From assembly GCA_965178125.1 (NCBI GenBank), contig OZ237743.1, forward strand, positions 248,001-312,000: 64,000 bases of DNA, given 5' to 3'. The notes under the pieces were generated by a model, which did no database searches, was not told where the DNA came from, and saw only the letters and a list, made by a program, of their open reading frames with translations. Made by a program: the position numbers and the translations under genes. Shown piece after piece: positions 48,301 through 60,786 of this stretch. Origin of the DNA: Bilabrum cf. latius (lineage: Eukaryota). Position 1 is the first letter of the stretch; each line of letters starts with the position of its first letter.

Positions 48301-51300
48301 CGCTGTGCATTGGCGCCACTGCAGCATACTTAGAGTCCACGCTTGCCTGGGGTTCATGCATCTTAATGAACCCCTGGATCGACTCGTCGTGAAGCCGTGC
48401 TGCCGTAGCAACGGCAAGAGAAGGGATGCGCGATTGCGGGGGCACTGCCAGGCCCGTGCTGCTGGTCCTGTGGCCTGGCAGACCGCTCAACATTTGCTGC
48501 CTGGCATAGTGCAGGAACGGCAGCTCAAACATAGTCAGTTGTGCCCGCACAAGCCACTCAACGGCCTCCCTCTCCCCAATCTGCGTGGCATGCATCGACC
48601 TGGCTCTCGACACGGCCCCTGGAGCGGACAGGGCATGTGCCGTGGCAATCTACTCGCGTGACCTGGCAGCTGTCTTGGAGGTGTACTTCGACTTCGTCTT
48701 CCAAAACACGAGCATTTGGCGCAGCAGATCCACCGCAGGCCAGTGATGCGCGCGACTCTGCGTGGTTCCTACTGCGTCAAGCTTGCCCGCGGATGTCTTC
48801 GGCTGCTGCAGCAGAAAGGCCAGAAGCGGTGTCTGCCCCCTCGCCGGGCGGCTCGCGTTCGCTGCTGATTTAGGGGGGAATGCGCGGGGCACTGGTGCAG
48901 CACCGGGGTCACTCGCTCCAATGCTGCTACTCCCATCTCCGTTGGCATGACTGGATAATTGCAGACCAGCCTTGGTGGCAGCATCCGCGCGCATGGCCTT
49001 CAGAATCCTCTCACCTTCAGGCACCTCCGTACCCGACACCTCCAGAGAGGCACCCACAGTCCAACGGGGCGGATTGGCACGAAGGTGCTGCGCAAATCGA
49101 ATTTCAGACGCAGCAGTGACTGCCAGCAGCGCGGATCCCATCCTCTGGGTGGTGACGCGGGACAGTGCTGGGCGGCAGTCGTACGAGCTGGATTGTCCTT
49201 GCTTTCGGCTCCCGTGCACCGGTGCTCTGGCATGGGCCCGTATCCTGCTGGCGGACTCGTCCGCCCTCTTTGCCCTCGAGGTCGCTCCAACCTGCCGCGT
49301 GCTGCTGAGGAAGCGAACACTCTCCGTGCGGGTCAGCTCCATGATGGCAGGCGGGGCATTGGCGCCGAGAATGGCCCGAATCGTCTGCAAGCAATGCAGC
49401 GCAAGTGCATCGCTGGCACTGTCTGCGTTCCTCTACAGCGCCTCGATGTGAGACTGGCGCTCCTGCGCAGAGCTTTGACCGCCATCATCGTCGGCACCGT
49501 CGGCCCCGCCATCTTTGGGCGCGTCACCGCCGATCGGACCGGTCGCAGCGGCCACTTGTATGGATCTGGCTCGCGCTCCCGGATCGGCCAGAATCAGCAC
49601 CCTCGCTGCTGTGTGGACCCCCGCCCTCCCGAGATCCATTGGGTCGTACGGCGTCCCGTGCACAAAATACAGGGACGGTCGCGGCGTCACCGGCAGGATA
49701 CTCGGCATCTTTTGTCTGCGGCTCTGCCTGCGGCTTGGCGGGGACAACTGCGCTCTTCCCACGGCCGAGCCAGGCGGTGACATGGCTCCCTGCACGTCGT
49801 CCCCGACGCCGTACCCGCCCTCATTCTCCTGTCCTTCGCTGTTCAGATAACCGGCATTGAGCCCCGTCGTGTCAATCTGGGCCGCAGTGTAGCCAGCGGT
49901 GTGCTCATGCATGGACGGCGCCTTGCCAGCTGTCGGTCTTCCTGACCACCACCTGTTGGGGCGATGCATCCGCTGCCCGAAGGAAGGCGTGAATTGAGCC
50001 CACTCTCTCCTCGTTGGAGCCCTGGGATGCAGCACCACGATGGCAGGCACGTGAATGGAGCTCATCATTGCCCGCACGATCACGTGAAGGGCGGCATACG
50101 GAGTCGTTTCGGAGCACAGCACTGCCACGTGCCCGCCGTGCATGAGCAGGGCGGCGGGTGGGGACACGCTCACCGGGTCGTTCTCGACGTCAGCGCAGAC
50201 GCTATACCGCAGAATCGATTCCGCCATTCGGGCACGGCGCTTTCCCACGCTCTGTCGCAGCCACTCGTGCGAGTTGGAGCCTGCGACTGCGGTGGGGCCC
50301 AGAGATCCGTGGGGCTTGTGACTGCCTCGTCCGCTTTTTCGTGGGCTCGCCCCAGCAGGTGATGACTTTGCCGGTTGCTGTTGCTACTACTGCTGCTGTT
50401 GCTGCTGCTCCCCTTGACTGCTCTTGCCCAGCCCTCCAGCGGTGGCCTCCTCACCACCAACTCCAGCCGCCGTCAATAGCCCCTCGCCGCCCATTCCTGC
50501 GTTCTGCTGCGATGCATCGTCTCGCGCTGCTTTTCCCTCGGCGTCGATCTCGTCCGCTTGCTGCTCTTGCTATTCGGGTTCTTGGGACACTTCCGAGCTC
50601 TCATCAGCATCCAAATCCTCGTCACCGGAGTTCTCTTCATCGCTGTTGTTACTGTCGCTGCCTTGCAGGTCGGCACGCTCGATCGATCCACCTGCTAGAC
50701 TGCCTTCAGGGCTCTCATCGTCATCAGTTGCACCCCCACCATCCTCACCGTCCTCGTCTTTCCCATAATGATCCGAGTCAACACCCTGATTGGAGGTCTA
50801 GAACTGCGACTGGCTGGCAGCGAAGTCGCTGGTGGCAGCGCCCCCAAGCCCGGAGACTTGTCCTGACACCCCTCCCGCGCTCCCCCCAGCCTTCCCACCC
50901 AGCCCGCTGCTGCCCATCCCACCCACCACCTCTTCGGCTGCGCCAAGCGTCAGCCGATCAGTGACAGAGCCCAGCGCCATCAGCTGCTCCTCCAGCTCAG
51001 CTGCCTTTGCCTCCACCTCGCGCTCCAAGTCGCCGTCGGTTGTTGCCGATCCGTCCGAAATCTCGCTGCCGCTGTCAGAGTCATCGATTGGTACGATCTC
51101 CACCGGTCCACCACGCCCTTTTTCGTCACCACCACTGCCCCCTGACCCCACAGCCAGCCGCTTCTGACTGCTCAAATGAGCTTGCGAGGATGACGGGCGG
51201 TCAGCTGCACCGCCACCAGCTTCCCCACCCGGTGGCGAATCGTCGTCGGCCGAGCGACCCTCCCCAATGCTAGAGTCTGCCACCTCTTGCACGCCCTCAC

Positions 51301-54300
51301 CCGCGAGGTAGTCAGGCACGATGGCGCTGCCGCCCCCGGTGAGGGCACCATCCTAAGGCCGCATGACAGACGGCGGGCTCGGACCGCCCCTTCCAGCTGC
51401 TGAGTCAGCAGCACCCAAGCGAGAAGCGCCTACGGCACGCCGGATCGCACCAGCTCCAATCCCAGCTGGCTGCCTCTTGCTGCCTTTGTTGCCCTTAGGG
51501 ACCATTAGGGCCATAACGAAGCCAAGGCTAATTCCGGTCTTTGTCACCCGCCTGCTGAGACGCCGCAGCGAGGCTTTGCCGCCCTTGTTGGAAGGCAGTG
51601 CAGGCGGCTGTACCCGCTGTTTGCTCAAAGGCTGCGGCGGTTGTGCACTCGAATCCTCTTCGCGTTTCTTCCTGGCTGGCGTACTGGGGCTGGCCTTGCC
51701 GTCGATCTCGCCATTCCCGACACTTGCACTTGAAGCTTCATCCTCACCGTGGACTGCCGCGGTTTCCGCTCCGTCGTGCTCCTCGTCTTCTTCGATACTC
51801 TACTGCGCAGCACCAGCATCTTCAGCTGGTGCAGCAGCTGCTTGTCGCGCGCTGGAGAGAAGTATTTCCGTGCTGTCCACATGGGCAGACTCGTCCGCGG
51901 CATTTTCCGCGACCTGCAGCCCGAATCGATGCATTGCATCCCCGAGCGCAAGAGCCTGCCCCACCGCCTCGAGTTCCGCCTTCGTGTGCGGGGACATCGG
52001 CTCTGTCACACTCGCGTTCTCTTGCTCCTGCTGCAAAACACGAGATACAGCCGGATGCGTTCCATCCGGACGCGGGTCTTTGCCCACGCTGCCACCGCTT
52101 CCGTGGTCATTGCCACTCTATGCCTTGGCGCTGGATGATGCAGCCCCGCCGCCCGCGGTCTTTGCCTTGGCAGGCACCTGCACCGGAATGCGTATGCTAG
52201 ACGGCACGCTCCCGCTTGCACCCGCGCCCTGCCCGGTTTGGCTGGCAGATGTCTTGGCGCCGCCGCTTGCAGCAGCACGCAGGCCGTTGCGCGCGCCCCG
52301 CAGCCCCGGTGGACGGAAGCCGAGGGCTGCCCATGGGTCGAGCCACTTGATAAATTCCTGCTGGTCGGCAGCTATACCAATCACCAGTGAGGACGGCTGC
52401 AGAACTGCCTTTGGCATGCCCACGGCTAGGAAGTACCGTGAGTCCTTTCCGGCTGCTGCTTGCATGCCCGCAGGAGCAGACTCCGGCTCGCCAGACCCCC
52501 CTGCCCCGCTAGCCGCAAACATGAACTGTGCCCCTTGCAGCAGCCAGTTGGCCTGGTGGCCTGCTCCCTGCGCGCCCTTGCTCCCTGGATTCCCATCCCG
52601 CGCCATTCCGCTCGTCCTTGCCTGGCTCCGTGCCAGCATCTGGCGCATCGCTGATTCCACACGGTTGAAATCAACGCCGGGAGCCGTGTCCCGGCAGTCC
52701 TACACTGCGGCTCGCACCAGCTGCTGCAGGTCCGTGTTGGACGCCTGGGCCTGCAACTAAAGCAGCCTGCTGAGCGCCTCACATGTCGTGGTGACCTCCC
52801 TGGCACCTTTGCGCAATTCACGCAGGGCTTTGTGCCTCCACCTGCGCCTGGCGGCCCCGCCCTCCGGTGGACCGTCTTCCACCTCCTCACTTGCTTGCTT
52901 GCGCAACTCATCCAGGCCAGGCTCCTCCTCCCCTTCACAGGCTAGCCGTACGGCACACGGCCCGCCCCCGGCAACGAACACCTCAACGGCCCGCTCGAGG
53001 CGGCGACTGACCGTTGCTGCGAGCACAGCAAAGTGGGCCGCGTGAGCGGCAGCGACCTGGCTGGGCTTCGCCTTCGTCCGCGGGATTACAGCTCCGATGA
53101 TCTGCACCGTGCCGTTGGAAGCAGTGCCAACGGCTGCAGAAAGGTCCCCGACGGTCATCTGACGAGCAATGGCAAAACTGGGCGCCGCGGACGAGTAAAT
53201 TTCCTGGGAGGCCCCAGATTTGTACTCCATGGCCCATGGGCGATCCATGGCAGTGATGGAGTCTGCCCGCGACACGATGAGATTCGTGAGCAGGGCGGGA
53301 AGACCGGGCACTCCCACGGAGCAACCCAGCATGGAGTAGTCGATCGAGTCGATCGGCACGCAGTTGTTCGGCGAAACACCGCAGCCCTGCGCGAATTTGA
53401 GGGAGCTGATCGTTCGAAGCATTACGACGAATCGAGGGATGGTCGGCCGGTGCTGCTGCCTGGAGCCAAATGCCTCCTCGGCAACGTCGGCCATGCCGTC
53501 ATCATCCTCATCGTCGTCATCGTACTGCAGTCCCGTGCCGAGTCTTCGCCTATCCTCTGGGCCCTGATGCCGCCCGCAGCATGCACAGCAGAAAACGTAG
53601 TCTAGACAGACTCGCATAGGCTTAAACATGCCGCCTATTTCGGAGCAAAAGGCTCCAGCCTGCGAGTACACCCGATTCATCGTCGTGTCACTCTGCTACA
53701 AGCCCGCCCGAATGGCATCTTCCTGCAGCAGGTAGTGTCGCATGCGGAGAAGAGCCAGGAGGTTCGAGCGGTCCTCGGCCGGACCATCTTCGGCGGCACG
53801 GGAGGGCAGCACCACAACCTGCTCTGCGTGCGCCACGGCAGCCCTGTCGACGTCGTTCTCTGAGGTGGCTGCGCCCACGATGAGGAAGAGCCTGTCCTTG
53901 TAGTGCTCGGCATCGGTGTGCTTGCCCTTGCCACGGAGAAAATCAGCGACGTCCGAGGAGGGGGTGCCTAAGAAGACCGTGTCTCGGTTGCAGTTGTCCG
54001 AGTTGTCGGGATGGTACAGCTCCCTCAGAAACTGCTTCAACTGCTCGAGCGAGGGGTCTCCCATGACCACGATGTGGGGCTGTGCTTCGGGCCCGCTGCT
54101 GTCCTCGGCGTCCTTGCCCCCGGCACCCCCTGGCCTGCAGTAGCAGCAGAGAGACGACTGGAGTGCCGAATCGTCGTCCTCCTGCAGCAGCGCGTTCTTC
54201 TGAATGGACGCCTTGGGCAAGTACACGGAGGGGCTGCTGGTCTTCAGGTTCAGGATAGCCACAAACTCGCTGGTGGCAGAGGCAAACGCCGCCAGCCCCA

Positions 54301-56147
54301 AGAAGATAAAGATAACGATCACAAGCCTCGAGACCGTGTGGTTGGGAGAGTAGTCGCCATAGCCCACGGTGGACAGCGATATGATCACGAAGTAGAACGA
54401 CACAAAAGGACTCAAGACCTCGTCCTCGCACCGGCCATCCACGGCCACAAACGAGTAGGCACCGTCATCGCACCGGTACAGAGTCCATAGGGCAGAGGGC
54501 ACGGTGGAGTCGATGGGGAGCTCACCGAGGAGTTCAAGCACGTACACGGTGGTGCTGATCACGTAGAGTGCGGCGAACGTGTTGATGCCAAAGGCCGTGA
54601 TCCTCCAAGTCGCTGACCGGACCCACTCCTCCCCTCGAGCCTCGGCCGCGGCCGCTGCGTTGCCGTCCAATGGGTCAAGCTCTACGGGGCTGTCCAGGCT
54701 CTCCGCATTCCGCAGCACATCCAGCTCCTCCTCGTCCTCCAGCGTGTAGCAGACCACGCAGCAGTATCGAGCCACGTATTGCACCCAACAGCTGCTAGGC
54801 CCTTCTCCAGAGCCGCCGTCTTCCTCGTTAGTTCCCTCTGCCTTGCCCCACTGCTGGGCGGGGCGACTCTTTGCAGAGCTCCCTGCGCCTGTTCCGCTCG
54901 GCGGTGCGGTTGCGACGAGCGAAGAGACTTGCTGCACGCCCGCCCCGACTGGCTTGGACGACGTGCCCGTGCCTACTGAGCTGGCTACCCCGCTGCTTAC
55001 GGTGCTGGGCTTGCCCTGCCCAGCGTCCGCCCGATCGGCCAGCTCTTTGGCCGCCTTGTCGGAGTCCCTTGCCACGCTGATGGCTTCCTGCTCGCGCCTG
55101 TCGGTCTTGATCGCCTCGTCGACCGCCTGCTTAGAGACGACGCAGCAGCAGGTGAGAGTTTCCGGGGGATGCACTCCGCACAGCCCCCCGCCGCACAGGC
55201 CGTCGTCTGTGGCCGGCGGCTTCCTGCGGATGATCTGCTCGATGACCGTGACGAGCTCGCGCATGTAGAGGGCTCTGACGAACGCGAGAGAGAACCATGT
55301 GCGACTCGCAACAAACGGAATGCTTCCACCATCGACCTCGTCCGGTGGGAGGCAGCGCTGGTCCGCGACGCTCCAGAGGCTCAAATCCCCGACGTCTTCG
55401 GGCCGATCTCCGGCAGCTTGGCCGATGTACTCGGTCGAATCCCCCGTCGAATCCAGCAAGGACCACGCGCACACGCTTTGGACCTGTATAAAGAAGCTTC
55501 CAATAGTGAGTACGTCGATAATAGTTCCAAGGTGCACCATTGCGTCGAGCTTCGGGCGCTCGGCGAATCGAACTATCAAATTCACTGCAAATAGGAGCAC
55601 GCACACAAAGTGCACCCACATCTCCCACTAGCTAATCGAAAATGAGCTACCCTCTACCGTTAGCAATACACAAACGACCTGCGGAAAAACCGAAGAGACA
55701 TGGAGAGAGCGGATAGCTGAGGGTTCAGAGGAAGATAGCTGGCAACTCAGCCGTAACTGATTGAATACTCACGGTCGAGGGAACATTCTGAAGCATGATG
55801 CGCAGAAGATTTGCCATGAGTGGATGCCTACTGTATGCCCCGGTCACTTGTTTCTGCAAAGCCTGGTCTGCTTCGCGTACGCATCGACATAAGGGTCGGC
55901 ATAGGCAGTCATAGAGTGCGACTGCTGGGATCAGCGCAGCAATCGCGAAGACAGTAACAAAAAGTTGATAAAATACAAAGTCCCACGAGAGCACGCAAGC
56001 AACGCCATCGAGCACTGAGTTTCCACAGAACTTGGCCAGAGGGTTGCTCTCAAAGAAAGACGGCAGATTCTCTTCAGCGCCAGGGATCCCACTCGATTCA
56101 TTGGACGGAAGATCTTCCAGCAGGTAAACTCGAAGAAAATCTTGCAT
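45395..56147 (-). CDS. Very large (~3550 aa) BK/Slo-type potassium channel with RCK domains and long insertions; intron 55679-55772
   Basis: Pore FYFVIISLSTVGYGDYSP, S4-like WFSLAFVRAL, RCK segments HIVVMG, FLRELYHP, VGVPGLPALLTNL, EYKSGASQEIY, GTPYDPMDLGRAGV and RALPYVYTSPP. One frame with 20 TAG and no TAA/TGA until TGA 45395-45397. Confidence 0.88.
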
Positions 56148-56447
56148 TTTTCGATCGACGGATCAGATGCAAGAACCGGAACGATCGACAGAAACTTCAG
56201 AAGTAGACAATCCAAGCCCCTCAGCAACGCTAAACGCCACTTTCTACAACACAGGAACAGCACAGAACGTGATTGGGCGATTTCAGCCGCTCAAAAGTGC
56301 AACGGAAGCCGTGCGGTCGCTGCCCCGTGAATCCGATGGTTTTAATCTTCTTCTTGAAAGTTCATCCGATCATGATGGTTGCAACCGATTTCGTCCAGCC
56401 GTGGTTTGGGTACACTTGACGCACACTTTACACTTTACGCACCCAAT

Positions 56448-59400
56448 TCAAAGCTCAACTGCAATCCCTGTTTCCTCGCCCTTGGCCTGCACGTCCATCA
56501 TCATCGCGTCGCTCTCCCAGAAGGCTCCAGTGACCCACATCTCCTTGAGGCCCGCCCTGCTCCAAGCCGGCATGTTCTGCTCCAAGATCGCACCGTGGAT
56601 CCAGGAATGAGACACGTCCAAGAACCGGAGCTGCTCCAACGGGGATCCGAGCCGCCTCCACACGATCCCAGAGCACGGGGGGCTGCTGCTGCCAGCGCCT
56701 CCAGAGGTCGGCCCGCAGGGACTGCTGCTGCCCCCCTACAGAGCAGCAACGGCAGCAGCCGCCCCTTGCATCTTGCCCATGGATGATCCCCTGTAGCCTC
56801 GTTCGCTCACTTCCGGCCTGCAATCTGCTGGTACCCCGCTGCCCGACAGCATGCCTCGCCTAACCCGCCGTGTTGGCGCTTCGATGATATCGCTGCTGCT
56901 TGACCCCTCCACCGCCCCGCTCTCTTCCGTGGGTCTCTTCTCCCTTGATCTACCCGTCGCACCTGGTTGAGCCCCGGCCCCATCCATTGCCGTTGAGGCA
57001 TTCCCCCCTACCCCTACCACCGGCGATCCGCCCGTCCTGCTTCGCACCCTGCGGCCAGGCAGGAGCTCCTGCGGCACGGCTCCCTTGAGCAGAAAGCACC
57101 TCTGCAGGATATGCATGGTTCGGCTGGAGAGCTGCTGCAGCGGGGGCTTGCGCGCCAGGGCTTGGTCGAGGGCGGGCACAGGCTGCGTGCAGGAGACATC
57201 GTCCATGAATCCATCGGTGGATTGAGCGATCGCACTCCTGGTCCTGGGCTTATCAAGGACCGAGAAATCGAGGGATCGAGCGGCGGGCAGCCTGCCAGCC
57301 CCGACCCTGCGCACGCCAAACCTCGATGCAGCGACGTGTTTCAGTTGCTTTCCTGCCGGGCGAGCTGGATCCTGTCCCGTGCCAATGCCAACTGCATGCT
57401 GCTGCGTTGCGTGGCCGGCAGCATTTCCATCCTCTGCGTCGTCCTCCTCTTCCTCCTCGAGGCTTGCCATGCTGGCCTGGCCCGCCCCTGACTCCGCGCC
57501 TGACGATGCCTGCGACCTTGGGCTGAAGAACAGCCGCTGCACCGAGCTGCCAGGCAAACCATCCGACGCGCGCGACGCATGCCCCAGCGTGAGACCTGTG
57601 CCCGACCCAGAGGACGAGACTCTGTCCTGACCCTAGCCGTCCCTCCTCGCCTGGGAGCCAGCGCCTGAGCTAGCATTCGATCGCGTGCTCCGCCTTGTTC
57701 GGGTCCTTCCAGACGCCGCCGGGTGCGTGGACAGCGGGGTAGGCGCGAAGGCCGATAGCCCCGCCAGACCGGGACCGGGGCCGAGTGATGATCCGTCCGC
57801 AGTTGCAGAGGACGATGAGGATGAGGCGGCAGATGAGGACGAAGAGGACGACTGCAGAAGAGCACCCGCAGCATAGCTATTCGCTGGACCGGTCGACGGA
57901 GCAGCCGACATTGGGAGCGACGGCGGCACGGCTTGCGGCACGCTGCCGGCGCTCGCTGGGGCAGTGGAGCCCGGGCTCATGGTCGCAGCCGGGCTCCCGA
58001 ATGGCAGCTGCGCCCACCCGCCATGCCCCCCACCACGAGCACGCAATCCGCCGGGGTGCTGTATCCCAGTCCCGAGGCCAGCTGATGGGCCTGGTACAGC
58101 TGCACCGGTGTCTAATTCGCTCATCCGAGCGAGCCCGCTGAGCCCGGCATGCGGCCCCATGGCTTGCCCACGGCTGCGGCCGGCACCGTCCTCGTCCTCG
58201 TCTCCGTCCTCCATGGGAACCGAAGCGGGGCGTTTCTGATTGTACTGACGAGCGCGCGGATGGCTCGTGGTTGAAGCCAGCTGGCCCGGCGCAGATCGGC
58301 GGCCACCTGCCGTAGCCCAAGCACCCATTTCATCCTCGCCGGCCTCTTGCACCCTGCGAATCCTCGCAGCGTTGGGACCCCCTGAGGACTGAACAGCGTC
58401 TGTGTCCACGCGGCACAGCAGCGTCCTGCCGTCAGACCCGAGCACGATCGACACGCCGGGCGAAACGACCACACCCCCCTCGCCCGCGCCCTCACACGCG
58501 CGCCTCACCTCTGCCCTGGCCTGAGCGGCGGCAGTGGCAGCCCCAGTCAGCTGGGTAAACACCTGCCCAGACACCTCGCAGTGTGACAGCCGCAGCCGCT
58601 GCAAAGCCGGCAGAGACCCGATGGCATCCAGAAACCGCCGAGAGCTCTTGCGCCCGATCAAGTTGTTCCCCAGGTCGAGCCGCTGCACCCCCCGCAGGGG
58701 TGCCAGGAGCCGCACCAGCCCGCTCAGCGAGTGCATCGTCAGCCGATTCCCCGCAATGTCCAGCTCCTCCAGCATGCCAGCGCTACCGGCCTGCAGCGCA
58801 GCATTCAGCACGATGGCAAGCCCCTCCATGCCCGCCCCGCAGTACCTGAGCCCAAGCTCGCGCAGGTGCGGGGCCCTCTGCAGCAGGAGCGCCAGGCACC
58901 TGGCCGCGCTGCCGTCCAGTGCTATCCCGTTGATGCGGACTTCGCGCAGCCGGCTGGTGTTCACTGTGTCTGCCATCGTGGCGAGAAGCTGCCTCAAGGA
59001 AACCGCTTCAGTCTCTGCGTCGCGGTGCGGGCTCCGCCTGCCCGCCCTGGCGCTGCTCGGACTTGAGCTGCTCCCAAACGCGACCTGACCGCGCGGCTCT
59101 GAAAACTCAGCAGATGCGTAGGCGCCCATGCCTGCGACGATGTGTTCAATGAGTGGAAGGCGGGGATGCGGGCTAGAGAATCGGCGGGCAATGTTGCAAT
59201 GGCCGATTCTGGATTGACAACACGCGAACGCGCGGGCCCAGCGCGAATAGCCACCAGATGTCAGAAGAGCAACGATCGCAATGTGAGCGTCGTCGACGTA
59301 ATCTCTATGCACAAAAGTCGGAGGCAAATACGAGAGCAAATGGAGGCCTCACCGCGGATACGAATAAAACGGGGGCTGAGTGGTCTCTGCCGGGACCGCA

Positions 59401-59780
59401 ACGATGCAGCGACAGCTTTCAGGCTCTCCGCACAGCATCCTGCGACCAAATTGTAACAATTAACTACACTGATATCCTATGATTAGTAGATAGTGCTACA
59501 TCGCTGACGGCGCAGGTGTGAATCACGGTTGTACATTCAAACTAGCTTGCTGCAACTGCTCACCGTTGCACTCCAATGAATTGATACACACTGCCTGCAC
59601 CATCTCAAAGCATTCGTAAGGACAATTGGAGCCAGTCAGACTGAGACTGACTTGCAAAGCGGGGGCTACTTCGCGTTCCCACGCTGAGCAAACTCGTCCA
59701 GCTCGAGCCTGATCCGGGCCTGGCAAGAATTCATAAGCGAGCCGGGCTGCTGCTGCGATCCGCCTCCCTGATATGTCCAT
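56448..59780 (-). CDS. F-box-like / RNI-type leucine-rich repeat protein; 5' exon structure uncertain
   Basis: N-terminal EFLPGPDQARAGRVCSAW (F-box-like). LRRs LRELGLRYC, LEELDIAGNRL, VQRLDLGNNLI, LQRLRLSHC and LRFLDVSHSWI. TAG joins at 57633 and 56736; TGA 56448. Confidence 0.7.
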
Positions 59781-59978
59781 CGCTGATTTGTGCAACTATC
59801 GTCTTTCAGACGCGATTTATCACACCACTGACTCGCTGTAGTTACTGGCGTTTGAATACTTCAACCACCGCCAGAAGGTTCCGCTACAGAGGCGCCGCGC
59901 AATTATGATGACTGTTTCCCGTCCTTGCGATGCAATCAAACGAAATGCGAAGACGCACACCAGGCAAATGCCAAAAGG

Positions 59979-60617
59979 TCAGGCCGCCATCCTTGCACAC
60001 GCAAGCCGGACCGCAACACGGTCCCCCACCCGCTTCAGCCCAAGAACCTCCGCCAGCTCGCCATCCGTCGTGGCAGCCAGCTCCCATACAGACCTCATGT
60101 GCTGCTTGCCTGCCTGCAGGAGCAGACGGGAGGACGGCGGCGTGCTTCCCATCGCAGCCGAAGCACCGCTGCCTGCCACCAGCCGGAGAGAAACGTCGCG
60201 CAGGACGTGTGTCCCCACCCCACACAGGCCCACAGCCGCCCATCGCATGCTGCTGGTGACCTGACCATCGAGCTCTTGCGACTGCTGCCAGTGAGCGGTA
60301 GACCCAGCTACCGCGGACCATGACTCATGAAGCGCGCTGTACAGCCAAGTGGCAGCCCAAGCTTGAGCGGGGACCTGGTGTCCCGGAATAGGGCAGTCAT
60401 TCAAAGCGGACAATTGTCCGTGCAAGCGGACAATAGGGCAGTATGTGCGACACAGGTGCAAGCGTCGACGGCATAGTACGCCGGCGGGGTCCAGCTCATG
60501 GGAATCTGAATGCGACTTCGCTACAGCTTTTGACCTGTCATGGCCTGGTGATAGGTTCAAGGAAGCACACAAGCCAGCCAGCAACGCGGCGGTGGCTTGG
60601 TACTATAAGTACTGCAT
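59979..60617 (-). CDS. Small protein with a C-terminal SAM-like motif
   Basis: Starts MQYL*YQATAALLAGLCASL (TAG 60603) and ends WELAATTDGELAEVLGLKRVGDRVAV; TGA stop. Confidence 0.5.
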
Positions 60618-60786
60618 TTTGGTTGATATGTACCTGTTCATTCGGCGCGTCGCTCTGCGCTGGACCGCCGGCGTGGATACTCCCTGGCAATTGTAGCGTG
60701 CGAACCGGAATGCAACCGAAACGTACGTGACGCGCGTACGCGCACGCCACCGATGATACATTTCACTAGCAGCCGAAACGGGGAGG

